Source of the DNA: Leucoraja ocellata
Lineage: Eukaryota
Reading direction: 5' to 3'
Assembly: GCA_036785375.1 (NCBI GenBank)
Contig: JAWMAR010000098.1
Location: 3,162,001 to 3,226,000 of the forward strand
Length of the DNA: 64,000 bases
The notes under the pieces are model-generated. The model saw only the letters and a list, made by a program, of their open reading frames with translations, searched no databases and was not told the origin of the DNA. The translations under genes and the position numbers were made by a program. Below, piece by piece: positions 40,891-51,055 of the stretch (positions within the stretch are counted from its first letter, which is position 1; each line of letters begins with the position of its first letter).

Positions 40891-41104
40891 AAACTCTTAA
40901 TTCAAGGACAAAGCCTATTAAGCTGCATGATCATGTCTCATGGGAACCAACACATCCAAATGCTTATACTTTTTTATAATCTGAATACGCGTGCACTAGT
41001 TTGAATGGTATTTCCTGAGCCGCTGAAACAGATGTATTTATATTTCAATAGTCGTAAAGAATTAAGTGGAAAATATTTGGAATAATGAAGGTATTGTCTA
41101 TTAC

Positions 41105-43763
41105 CTAGTGCAGGTGCAAGTGCTGATACTGCATTTGTTGGGTCCAGTTGGAATCCACCCAGCATAAACTGTGTGTCGGTTGCATTTTCCAGCTTCAGGC
41201 CTGGGAGGTTCATGTTCTGGGCCAGGTAGTACTGGTAAAGCTCAGCCTCTGCAGGTGCCAGGTTGCTGAGGCCTAAGTGTCTGCTGTGCTGGATCTGGTT
41301 CATGTTCTGCTGGAGCAGCATCATGTTGTGCATGTGCTTCTCGCTGGTCATGTGAATGCGTAGGTTCCTGGCCACGTTGGTCTCGTAGTCGCACACCTCG
41401 CACCTCCAAGTGGGTTTGGTTTTTGGTTTGGTGGGCGAGGAGGCCCCGCAGGAGCTCATGCTGGCGGCGGCGGCGGCGGCGGCGGCTGCCACAGCCACGG
41501 CTGCCCCAGCGGTGTGGCTGAAAACCTGGTCGCCTCCGCCATTTTGCAAGTTCTGCATGTTATTGAGATGCTTGTCGGACTGCATATGAATACTGAGATT
41601 GCCTTTGGTTGTAGTGGAGTAGTTACATACCTCACATCGGAAAGGCTTGTAACCACACGTGTAACTCTCACCCCGGGCTAACCGAGGGTGAGGTTGCCCA
41701 GATTTGCAATAGCCACATGAGCCACCGGACTCTGGGTGCTTTTCCTTCATGTGGGCCTCCAGCGTCTGCTGGTACTTGTAGTGCCAGTTGCACTTTGGAC
41801 ACTTCAAGGTCTTGCACGAGTTCCGAGAATGCATCATGGTCATGTGCCCACCAAGGGACCGTGAGGAGCCCAGGACCGTGTCGCACTTCGGACACTCTAC
41901 GGTGCTTCCGGATGAGCATTCCCCACCCCCCAGGTCACAGGGAATGCTGGCATGTGGGTGATGGGAGGCATAGTTTCCTTCCTCACCATCGACAGGTTCA
42001 TTTGGTTCAGGAGCTGTGGCACTGTCTTTATTGGCACTTTCATCTACAAAGTCCATCCTATTACTCTCAGCGTTACCGGCACAGCTGTCGCCGCTTGCAC
42101 TGTCGTTTGACAAGCTCACTGCATTCCTCCCATTTGCACCATCGAAAACAACAAAGGAAGAAGTAGAAGAAGAAGAGTTGCCCCTCGGAGAAGGGTTCAG
42201 CACATTAGGCATTAAAGGAGATTTAGAAATGCTTTGGTTTGAGAGAGTGAGTTCCTTGTTGCTACATGCATCACCCTCAGGGTCTTCCTGGGGCTCATCA
42301 TCATCCTCATCTGACTCGTTTGGGAACAGGTCTTTGCACTCCTCATCTTCCTCTGCTTGTTCAGCAAAGTCCGCCTTTTCCATGAGGCAACTGTCAGCGC
42401 TAAACTCTCCACTGGCTTTTTTCTTCTCGATTTCCATCCCCAAATCCTTGCTCTCTGACATTTTGGTGGGACCGGAAGCAAGGTGGCCCAGTGGGACTGA
42501 GGTAATTGGGGTCTTTAGGGCTGAGCTGGTCAACCCTCCAAGATTCAACAGAGCACTCTGTGCCAGTGGGATTGGATGAAGCTGCTCAGTTGCACTCGTA
42601 CCACCTTCAGAGTCTTTGAATAAAGCCAAACCGGCCTGGACAGCCTCATCACCATCAACATGGATTCCACTGAAAGTACCGTAGAAGTTCTGACCAGGGC
42701 CAATGAGGTTAGCTGTGGAAACTAAAGGGTGTTGAAAGGTTTTGTTTTTTGGTTCCAGAAAGCTTATAAGAGGTTCCTTGTCTTTGCCTATCCCTTGGAT
42801 GATAGCAGACACGTTCTTATTACTTAAGAGCTTGTGCTCCTCTTCACTAAGGGTCATTCGGTGGTCATGCACAGCATGCGTTACAAATGACCTCACATAT
42901 CCAAAAGACAACTTGCACAAAAAACACATTAAAATCGGCTTTCGTTTGCCATAGAGCACGAAACTGTCAAACTTAGACAAGTCCACATTGTTAGGGACAT
43001 CTTTGGATACACAAGAGTTTTTGGCAGAGCCATCACTGTTCAGGTAATCCTTGTTGCTTTTGTGTCGCACGTCAAAAACACGGAAAGTGTGCAAGACAGG
43101 ACTGATGCCTGTCAGTGCTGAGGTATTTGGGAATGCCTGGTCAGAACCAAACCACTTCCCAAAAGATGAGGCTATGTGAAAAGTGTTGATGATCTGTGGA
43201 TAGACAGAGACGGATGCTGCGGAGGTGGACTCCCCTTGCTTATTCCCAGCGTTGGACATAGAGTTCATGAACAATGCTGGGAGGACACTACTGCCACTGG
43301 GCCCTCCAGGTTGGATGCTTTGCATTAACTGGTTCACATTCTCGACGATGTAGGCAGAGCCATCCGGCTGGTAGACAATCTCCCCAACCAGGTTCTCCAC
43401 GTCGCTCTCCTCTGCCTCGCTCATTTCACTGTCACTTTCCTCCTGGAGGAGCTGAGGGTGCGAGTTCGGGCAATGGTGTTCCATGTACTTTTGTAAACTT
43501 GAGAATGAGGATGAACACTCGTTGCAGCTGACCTCCTTGGTGGACAACGTGCCGTGTGTGACAGCAGCCGCCGCAGCAGTCTCTGAGCTGCACTCGTCGA
43601 ATGATGATCTTAGGTTCTCACACGGGATGCAGTTCTCTTGTGCAGATTCCATTGAACCAACTTTATCAGTGACCTGGGGGTTGGATTCAGTCCATTCCTG
43701 ATGCTGGGAAGTGCTACACCCATCCTCTTGCCCAGTGATGGTAGGGGAGTCACAGGTTTCCAT
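41105..43763 (-). CDS. zfhx3: Zinc finger homeobox protein 3 (ATBF1), first coding exon (886 codons + 1 nt, phase-1 donor)
   Basis: ORF 40974..43763 encodes several C2H2-type fingers (CNEC..HHC, CFLC..HAVHDH, CPKC..HMTMMH, CPKC..HMKEKH, CEVC..HMQSDKH, CEVC..HMTSEKH). It carries ZFHX3-type motifs [38 protein letters not shown] and [17 protein letters not shown]. The minus-strand donor CTAG|GTAATA lies at 41105/41104; the ORF tail after ...APAL is intron read-through. Confidence 0.95.
41463..41486 (-). repeat. (GCC)8 coding trinucleotide repeat, part of a 9-Ala tract
   Basis: Plus strand (ggc)8 followed by tgc; the protein reads [15 protein letters not shown]. Confidence 0.95.
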
Positions 43764-43793
43764 GGTGTTGACTACATGAGCGTTTCATTGCAT
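43750..43793 (-). promoter_or_regulatory. Cluster of three upstream ATGs / uORFs immediately 5' of the zfhx3 start
   Basis: Minus strand ggATGcaATGaaacgctcATGtagtcaacaccATGg: ATG-CAA-TGA (43793-43785), an out-of-frame 12-aa uORF overlapping the main start (43788-43750), and ATG-TAG (43777-43772). Confidence 0.6.
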
Positions 43794-43809
43794 CCAGTCT
43801 GGCAGGGGC
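43764..43809 (-). other. zfhx3: 5' UTR part of the first coding exon of zfhx3
   Basis: Minus-strand acceptor ctgttttgtttcaattttcag|GCCCCTG with the AG ending at 43810; 46 nt precede caacaccATGG (good Kozak context). Confidence 0.8.
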
Positions 43810-44413
43810 CTGAAAATTGAAACAAAACAGTAAGTGAGTGCCTTGCGTAAAGAAATAAACTCTTACATCTGACATCTCACTACTAAATACTTTATAAGAA
43901 ATTGGCCCTTAGAGTAGTATATTCCTTCTATATTTTTCCCGGAAAGAAAACTGAGTGTCTACAAAATTAACACTCCATAAAATCTGAAAGTGTGAATCAC
44001 TGCTGGCAATGCAAGTAGACAAAGGCTCAACTATTCAGTATGACATTTCTCTGCCCACTTTTTTAGCAGGGGTGTTAACTCCTTTCGAATAAATCACTCA
44101 GTGCTGGAGTCAGAAGACTAGTCAGCAGAATATCATACGATTGTGTCAAATCCTCACCCACTAAGGTTTCCTGTGATTTCCAAGCAAATAGGAGTGGAAT
44201 CGTTGCCTAACTGTTTCATCATCATACATCTGAAAATCAATAGAAACTCAACGTACAGAACAAATAGGACCACATAACTGGCAAACTCAGAAAGTGTTGA
44301 TTGCAGCACCAGGTCTAAGGATTATGAGGAGGAGGAGGCGGAAAGGAATATACCGCATGCGTGCAGTGCTGCTATGGATTTGCACGTAACATTTGTTAAA
44401 TTGTCTTTACCGT

Positions 44414-44817
44414 GTGGCACGGTGGCGCAGCGATAGAGTTGCTGCCTCACAGCGCCAGAGACCCCGGTTCGATCCTAACTACGGGTGCTATCTATGGGTG
44501 ACCACAAATTTCACTGTACCAATTGGTACGTGTGACAAATAAATGTATCGTGCATCTTGTATCTTGTATCTTATCTATTCAGAGTTTGTATGTTCTCCCT
44601 GTGACCCGTGTGGGTTTTCTACAAGATCTTCAGTTTCCGCACACACTCCAAAGATGTACAGGTTTGTAGGCTAATTGGCTGGGTTTAAATGTTTAAAACA
44701 ATTGTCCCTAGTGTGTGTAGGATAGTGTTAATGTGCAGGGATCGCTGGTCGTTGTGGACTTGGTGGGCCGAAGGGCCTGTTTCCACGCTGTATCACTAAA
44801 CTAAACTAAACTAAACT
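44414..44817 (+). mobile_element. V-SINE (HE1-like) with a short LINE tail nested at about 44497-44575
   Basis: ggcacggtggcgcagcgatagag...ggttcgatcc...gggccgaagggcctgtttcc...(ctaaa)n. Confidence 0.85.
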
Positions 44818-44819
44818 GT

Positions 44820-45165
44820 GCCTGGTGTAGTAGTGTTAACTTAATGTTGCACTAATATTCCGAAAGCCTGGACTGTTGATCTGCTGACATGGATGTGAAT
44901 CCCATCGTGACATCTGGGGAATTTAAATTCCAGCAAACAAATAAAATCTGGAATACCCTGTTAATATGAAAATAATGGAATTCCTTAAAAACCCATTTGG
45001 TTCAATAATGTCCTTCAGGGAAGTAAATCTGCCATCCTTACTTGGCCTGGCTTACATCCGACTTCAGATCCATCAATGCTTTGACTTTTAGTTGCCTCCT
45101 CACTTTAGGGGCAATTAGGAATAGACAGTAAACATTGACATTGCTGCCAATGTCCATATCCTGCT
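44820..45165 (+). mobile_element. Old SINE of a second family with a CR1-like gggcaattaggga tail
   Basis: gaatttaaattc...aataaaatctggaat...aaaacccatttggttcaataatgtccttcagggaagtaaatctgccatccttac...ggggcaattagga; related minus-strand copy at about 51225-51540. Confidence 0.55.
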
Positions 45166-46074
45166 AGTGATCAGTAGTTATTTCATCATCTTTGAATGGG
45201 CAAACATTTTTGCAATTTTCTTCAATGATCGAAAAGCAAAGGGGTTAAATGGTTTCGACGTGTTCCAGAAGTAAAAAAAAAAACTGATAGCAAACCAACG
45301 ACACAGTGTGCCTATTGATTTAATATGATCCAACTCTCAGCAGAGAATAGTGATTTTTGCTTCAAATATCATAGGGGAGAAGTCATTACAATTTTCAAAT
45401 ATTCAGCTACAGATGGTTTTCCTGGTAATTCCAGGATGCTGCAGAGTAACATAAATGCTTCTGCCCAGGTGATGTAATTGAGCTTTAGTATCATTGAAAA
45501 TGTACAACCATTCCTGATCAGCCGTTGGTTGGGGCTGCTGGACCCTTCTCCACCAACTGACAGCGTGATGAACTAGTGAAGCAAACATTTACTTAACCCA
45601 AGTTCAATCAATATACTTTATTCACAAAATTTCCACTCTGGAAACCAATCCAACAGGCAACTGGCTGAAGGCTAGATATGTCTGTGGCATTCTGTGCACA
45701 TCGTTCACCAAAATGAGATTATTTTTTAAAAAAACAACAAAAAGCAAGTATCACTAATGCAATTACCAATGTTTTTTACAGCCTAAAGTGGATTGTCTGT
45801 AGTTCTACCTTGCAACAGGACGGGGACAATAATACTGTTTGCTCATAGTGCTTTACTTTGACTGACATCTGCTCAGTTACAAGTGCCTAAAATGTCACTA
45901 ATTATAAATGAGATTTATAGTGTGTGCATTCACTGCCATGTACGACATTGCAGCTTTTGATAGAAGGTGAATATTCTACAACAATCATTTAAATGAAGCC
46001 GCAGAAGATTTCAAAGGCATCAGCAATTTCCCTCCTTTGGAGATGAATAATATTAACTCCTTTCAACTCGAGTA

Positions 46075-46430
46075 GATGAATAAGCCTGCAACTATATAGT
46101 ATTTCTTATATATTCTGAATGTCTTAAAACATTTCACAGCTAATGGGTTGAGTTTGATGTGATATTTAATTTGGCAGACAGTCAACCTATGGACAGCAAT
46201 GGAGAAGATAGCAAGAATTCTGTTTTAGTTTATGTTGGTTGAGAGTTAAATTTTGCAAGGACATTTTAAGGACTCTCCTAAGATAGACACAAAATGCTGG
46301 AGTAACTCAGCGGGACACGCAGCATCTCTGGAGGCGTTTCAGGTCGAGACCCTTCTTCAGACTTGGAAGGACCCTCCTGTTCAACAAAGGTGCCACAGGA
46401 TCTTTCACATTCTTCCAAACAGACAGCTAT
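46075..46430 (-). mobile_element. Degraded DeuSINE-like element (host of a PLE copy)
   Basis: gtcttaaaacatttcacagctaatg...tgttggttgagagttaaattttgcaaggaca...gtgccacaggatctttcaca. Confidence 0.45.
46280..46366 (-). mobile_element. PLE terminus inserted in an old DeuSINE-like copy
   Basis: aaggac(t/c)ctcct at 46268-46279 and 46367-46378. Confidence 0.72.
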
Positions 46431-46749
46431 GACAAATTGCACGGATCTTAGGCTGGATATGGCAACAATGAATCATGGAATTCAAAGTAGCAACATACAG
46501 AAGGAGACCATTTAGCCCTCTGATTGTGTGCTGGCTCTTCTTAACAGCAGGTCCTTGAGTTAATCCCTTTCCACCACATATTTTTCGCCCTTATATACTT
46601 ATCCACAATAGTGATAAAAATGCATCCACCCATCTATCAGGCAATGCTAACACCCTGTAATGTGAAAAAGTAACGATTTTTATCTTTAAACATCTCTAAC
46701 AAATCTACTCTGAATCTGAAGAACAATCCCAACTTCAGATTATCTTAGT

Positions 46750-46971
46750 GTTTAAGAAGGAACTGCAGATGCTGGAGAATCGAAGGTACACAAAAAAGCT
46801 GGAGAAACTCAGCGGGTGCAGCAGCATCTATGGAGCGAAGGAAATAGGCAACGTTTCGGGCCGAAACCCTTCAGTCTGAAGAAGGGTTTCGGCCCGAAAC
46901 GTTGCCTATTTCCTTCGCTCCATAGATGCTGCTGCACCCGCTGAGTTTCTCCAGCTTTTTTGTGTACCTTC
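46750..46971. mobile_element. Young PLE fold-back element: perfect 91-bp inverted arms
   Basis: Arms 46782-46872 and 46881-46971, 8-nt spacer, an extra tail of about 30 nt on the left, and direct repeat cttcagattatcttagt (46733-46749, 46968-46984). Confidence 0.9.
46876..46903 (+). ncRNA. Minimal hammerhead ribozyme core (UUCG-loop variant, GUU triplet)
   Basis: ctgaaga a gggt-ttcg-gccc gaaa cg tt. Confidence 0.55.
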
Positions 46972-46980
46972 AGATTATCT

Positions 46981-47255
46981 TAGTTTAGTTTAGAGATACA
47001 GCACGGAAACAGGCCCTTTGGTCCTCCAGGTCCGCACTATCCTACAAGCACTTGGGGATATTTTACAATCATACCAAGTCAATTAACCTCCAAACCTGTA
47101 CGTTTTTGGAGGGTGGGAGGAAACCGAAGATCTCTGAGAAAATCCACGCAGGTCAGGGGGAGAGCGTACAAACTCCGTACAGGCAAGCACCCGTAGTCAG
47201 GATGGAACCCAGGTCTCTGGCGCTGTAAGGTAGTAGCTCTACCGCTGCACCACCC
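46981..47255 (-). mobile_element. V-SINE (HE1-like)
   Basis: Reverse complement of the same consensus; tail tagtttagtttagagatacagc. Confidence 0.82.
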
Positions 47256-47784
47256 GTGTTGGCACATCACCACCGTGTCGGTACATCTGTTATCTTTCAT
47301 CCATGGAACAATTTCAGTTCATCTCTGATGAACCTTCTTCAAAGTTCTCCATCCTTCCTGGTGGGAAGTCCATCCTCTGAAACAACTTTCAAACTGCAGT
47401 CCAACCAATACAGGTTTACCATCAATAGCTCACTGTCTTCATTTAGAATAGCAAGGACCAGCCAATTGTACTCCCCTCACAGGTTTATGCAGAAACATAC
47501 CCAGGACTCGATTCATGCACCAGTTGAAACATTTTCTGTTTATTACCTGTTCTGATTCTCCTCACCAAAATGCGATCACCTTATACTATTCTGAGAAAAA
47601 AACTTCATTTGCTGGGAACTTAGTGGTTTGTGACCCTTTGACTTTTCCTTCACTACACTTAACACATCTTGCGCCCTCTGCAAATTTCAAAAGCCAAGTT
47701 ATTAATGTACATCAAAACCATAGCAGTCCCATGACTGAACCCTCCAGAATGCTAATCCTATTGGAAAAAATACCGCAAATGATA

Positions 47785-48000
47785 TATACAAAATGCCGGA
47801 GTAATTCAGCGTGTCAGGCAGCATCTCTGGAGAAAAGGAATAAGTGACGTTTCACACCTTTGGTTTGCCTCTCCCCTGACTCTGTCTGAAGAGGGGTCTC
47901 AACCTGAAACGTCACCTAGAGATGCTGCCTGACTCGCTGAGTTACTCCAGCATTTTGTGTCTATTTTTGGTGCAAACCAGCATCTGCAGTTCCTTCCTAC
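47785..48000. mobile_element. PLE fold-back element
   Basis: acaaaatgccggagtaattcagc...gacgtttc then ctgaagaggggtctcaacctgaaacgtcacc...gcagttccttcctac. Confidence 0.75.
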
Positions 48001-48402
48001 GCATTCATTACCACATTCTGTTTTCCATTATTTGAGGATGTTCCATTAAATGAAGAATATTCATGCCCTTACCACCTCTTTTAGACGGTGGTCTTTAAAT
48101 TTGCCAACAAACTGCATGGGATACTTCACCAAAAGCCAATAAATGTCCTTTAACATTTATCACTGAAAGATTTTGAATAGATGAAAAATGAACACAATCC
48201 AGTGAATAGTTGTCACTATCAAGAACATTTTGTTCGTCCTGTGGATTCCGATTCTCTACTCAATATTCCGAGAATTCAAAACAAAATGGCAATATTATTA
48301 TCATTTATTAAATGCATTTATACCAATGGGAGCCCATCATATCACAGAACCAACGAGTGTACAATAAATAGAGTTAACAGAGTAAATGCCAAAGTATCCT
48401 AG

Positions 48403-48512
48403 GAAGGGTCTCGACCCAAAACGTCAGTATGAGGAAGAACATCCATTCCTTCAATCCAGTGATGCTGCCTGTCCCGCTGAGTAACTCCAGCATTTTGTTT
48501 CTATTGTGTCTG
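48403..48512 (+). mobile_element. PLE terminus with 11-bp TSD
   Basis: aagtatcctag at 48392-48402 and 48513-48523. Confidence 0.72.
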
Positions 48513-49379
48513 AAGTATCCTAGAACTGTTTACCCCCCACCCACCCCCCACCGAAGTGAAGAACAAGTCATATGGAATATATTGAATCTCCCAAAGACAG
48601 GAGCACATCAGTAGGAAGGGATCTAGGTTCTGTATCAGAAGTCCTGCTTCCCACCTCTGCCATTGCCAATTATATTTCATCGTGCGAAATGCTCGTGAAA
48701 CTGGAAACCTTGATGAGCTTTGCTAACTGGTCATGCAGCAAGGCAGCATCTTCCAGAGCTTGAACTGAATGAGTCTCATGAATTGATTCTTAAATTCATG
48801 TAAATTAAAAACAATTTGACACTTTAATTTTTCCCAGTCTAAAGAAAAACATCCCAATGTCCTGCATGTGGCCCATGTCTGTGTCCAAATTTGAATCTCA
48901 CCAACATGATGGACCTGACACAATCACATATTAATATTATGAATAATTAAATCACATCCACTTCATGAAGTGCGAACAACATTAAATATTTCTTGTCTTA
49001 ATACACTACATGCTGGCTACATTTTAATGTTCCCCTGATGTTCGGCAACTGTGAACGAAAGGGTTTTAAAGATTTTACTTGCTACCACACCGGCCATCTG
49101 AGAGTTAATAACCTTATTGAATAATCAATGCCATAAATGGTTCTCAATTTACAGGAAAACGTGGTCTGCTAGGACAGTTATTGATAAACTGGCATGCCTT
49201 TGATCTTGCACTGGGATCCAGTTTACTGAAACTGAGTACGGCACTTCTGAGGTGGAATTGGCAGAGTATTTTGCAAGGATTAACAAATCATTCTTATCAT
49301 CCCTTCCTTTTCTCTGTTACTCTGTGAATTGTCAAAAGTTGACATTGCACACGAACTACGCTGACAAGGATATCTGCCA

Positions 49380-49853
49380 GGTAGACACAAAATGTTGGAG
49401 AAACTCAGCGGGTGAGCACCTATGGAGAGAAGGAATTGGCGACGTTTCGGGTCGAGACCCTTCTTCAGACTGATGTCAGGGGAGGGGGTAGGAAACAGTG
49501 GGACTAGTAGGATGACTGGGAAGGGGGAGGGGATGGAGAATGAGAGCAAGGGCTACCTGAAGCTAGAGAAGTCAATGTTCATACCGCTGGGGTGTAAACT
49601 ACCCAAGCAAAATATGAGGTGCTATTCTTCCAATTTGCACTGGGCCTCACTGACATTGGAGGAGGCCCAGGACAGAAAGGTCACATTGGGAATGGGAGGG
49701 GGAGTTGAAGTGCTGGGCAACTGTGAGATCAGCTTGGTTAAGACGGGCCTGCGCTTGGTCCCGCTGATGTAGAGAAGTTGACACCTGGAACAGCGGATGC
49801 AGTAGATGAGGTTGGAGGAGGTGCAGGTGAACCTTTGCCTCACCTGGAAAGAC
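49380..49853 (-). mobile_element. Penelope-like retroelement 3' fragment: degenerate GIY-YIG endonuclease + 3' UTR + pseudo-LTR
   Basis: Minus-strand frames give FTCTSSNLIYCIRCSRCQLLYIS.TKRR / DLTVAQHFNSPSH..DLSVLGL / KLEE*HLIFCLGSLHPSGMNIDFSSFR* (stop 49553-49555). A pyrimidine-rich UTR and the common terminal repeat follow. The copy is flanked by caagg(a)tatctgcca at 49365-49379 and 49854-49867. Confidence 0.88.
49441..49468 (-). ncRNA. Minimal hammerhead ribozyme core in PLE pseudo-LTR
   Basis: Minus strand CUGAAGA-A-GGGU(CUCG)ACCC-GAAA-CG-UC, with a palindromic ACGU stem III and GUC triplet; stem I is only about 2 bp. Confidence 0.6.
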
Positions 49854-49908
49854 CAAGGTATCTGCCATTTTATTTCAGGCTAATTATGATTTCCCCATCA
49901 GGCCCACC

Positions 49909-50245
49909 GGGCGGCACAGTGGCGTCATAGCTGGTGGAGCTGCTGCCTCACAGAGCCAGAGACACAGGTTCAATCTTAACCCCGGGTGCTGTCTCTGTGG
50001 AGTTTACATGCTCTCACTATGATCGCATCAGTTTCCTCTGGGTGCTCTGGTTTCCTCGCACATCCCAAAGACATTTGGGTTTGTAGGTTAATTGACCTCT
50101 ATAAATTGCTCCGTGTGTAGAGAGTGGATGCGAATGTGGGATAACGGAGAACTAGCACGAATGGGTGATCAATGGGCAGCATGGACTCGGTTGGCCGAAG
50201 GGCCTGTTCCATGTTGTATCTTTCAATCAATTAAAATCAATCAAA
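49909..50245 (+). mobile_element. V-SINE (HE1-like)
   Basis: gggcggcacagtggcg...ggttcaatc...ggccgaagggcctgttcc. Confidence 0.82.
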
Positions 50246-50744
50246 CTTCAGTTGTTGCAAACATGCTAGCCTGCCAATTCTTGAAGAATATTGCAAATGA
50301 TGGGTTTGATAGGGTACTGGTTCTAGTAGGAACACCACATTTGAGACAAAATTTGTTTTCATCCTATGCCCATACTTCCAGCTAATTGTCCACTGGACAT
50401 TGGGCTGAAGCCGAACTCACGAGTGGTTTCCCCTCCGTTTCAGTGGTTTCAGCAGTTTGGGGGTAACGTTGAATTTTTTTTTCAACCAATTCATCTGAAA
50501 TCAGCACAAACTTATGATCTCCTGCGATACCATTCGGGTTACCAACTACCTTAACCAAATGAACCAATTGGGTAATCTGAAACGACTTTTATTAAAGAAT
50601 TGCATAGATGCAATTTTCAATCCCTCTAGAAGTAGGTGACACAAACAACAGGTGTGAAGACCAACTCATCAAAATTCCATCAAAAGAAAATGGTTTTAGT
50701 CCAACAAATGCAATACTTGTTTCCCATTCAGTATTTGTGTATTT

Positions 50745-51055
50745 ATAGAGATACAGCGGGGAAACAGGCCCTTCATCCCACCAAGTTCACGCTGAGCATC
50801 GGTCACCCGCTCGCGCTAATTCTATGTCCTCCCATTCTCGCATCCACTCCCTACACGTTCAGGGCACTTTACAGCAGTTACACCAATTAACCTACAAACC
50901 AACACCTCTTTGAAATATGAGCGGAAACCGGATCATCTGGAGGAAACCCACATGGTCATAGGGAGAACGTGCAAACTCCATGCAGACAGCACCCGAGATC
51001 AGGATTGAACCCGGGTCTCCGGCCAGCTCTACCAGCTGTGCCACTGTGCTGCCCT
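50745..51055 (-). mobile_element. V-SINE (HE1-like)
   Basis: agagatacagcggggaaacaggcccttc...caggattgaacccgggtctc. Confidence 0.82.

Larger units (their letters stand above)
28080..41104 (-). other. zfhx3: zfhx3 intron (about 13 kb, GT-AG, phase 1)
   Basis: Bounded by the donor at 41104 and the acceptor at 28080. Confidence 0.88.

Noticed and set aside
40649-41004. ORFs spanning the first N run
   Set aside because: Artefacts of the assembly gap.
40974-41104. C-terminal 43 residues of the 929-aa ORF ([10 protein letters not shown]...)
   Set aside because: Read-through past the GT donor at 41104; not ZFHX3 sequence.
41456-43701. Overlapping and antisense ORFs within the large exon
   Set aside because: Shadow frames of a real coding sequence with no independent support.
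44414-44490. tRNA-like A/B boxes
   Set aside because: These are SINE heads, not tRNA genes: no complete cloverleaf, and they are followed by the V-SINE body.
46750-46971. Fold-back elements as DNA-transposon MITEs, pre-miRNAs or CRISPR-like repeats
   Set aside because: Variable 8-18 bp TSDs, asymmetric arms and linkage to a GIY-YIG ORF indicate Penelope-type retrotransposition; there is no regular repeat-spacer array.
50425-50590. Weak inverted similarity (gtttcag...ggtaac / gttacc...ctgaaac)
   Set aside because: Too degenerate and no TSD; possibly an old MITE but not supportable.
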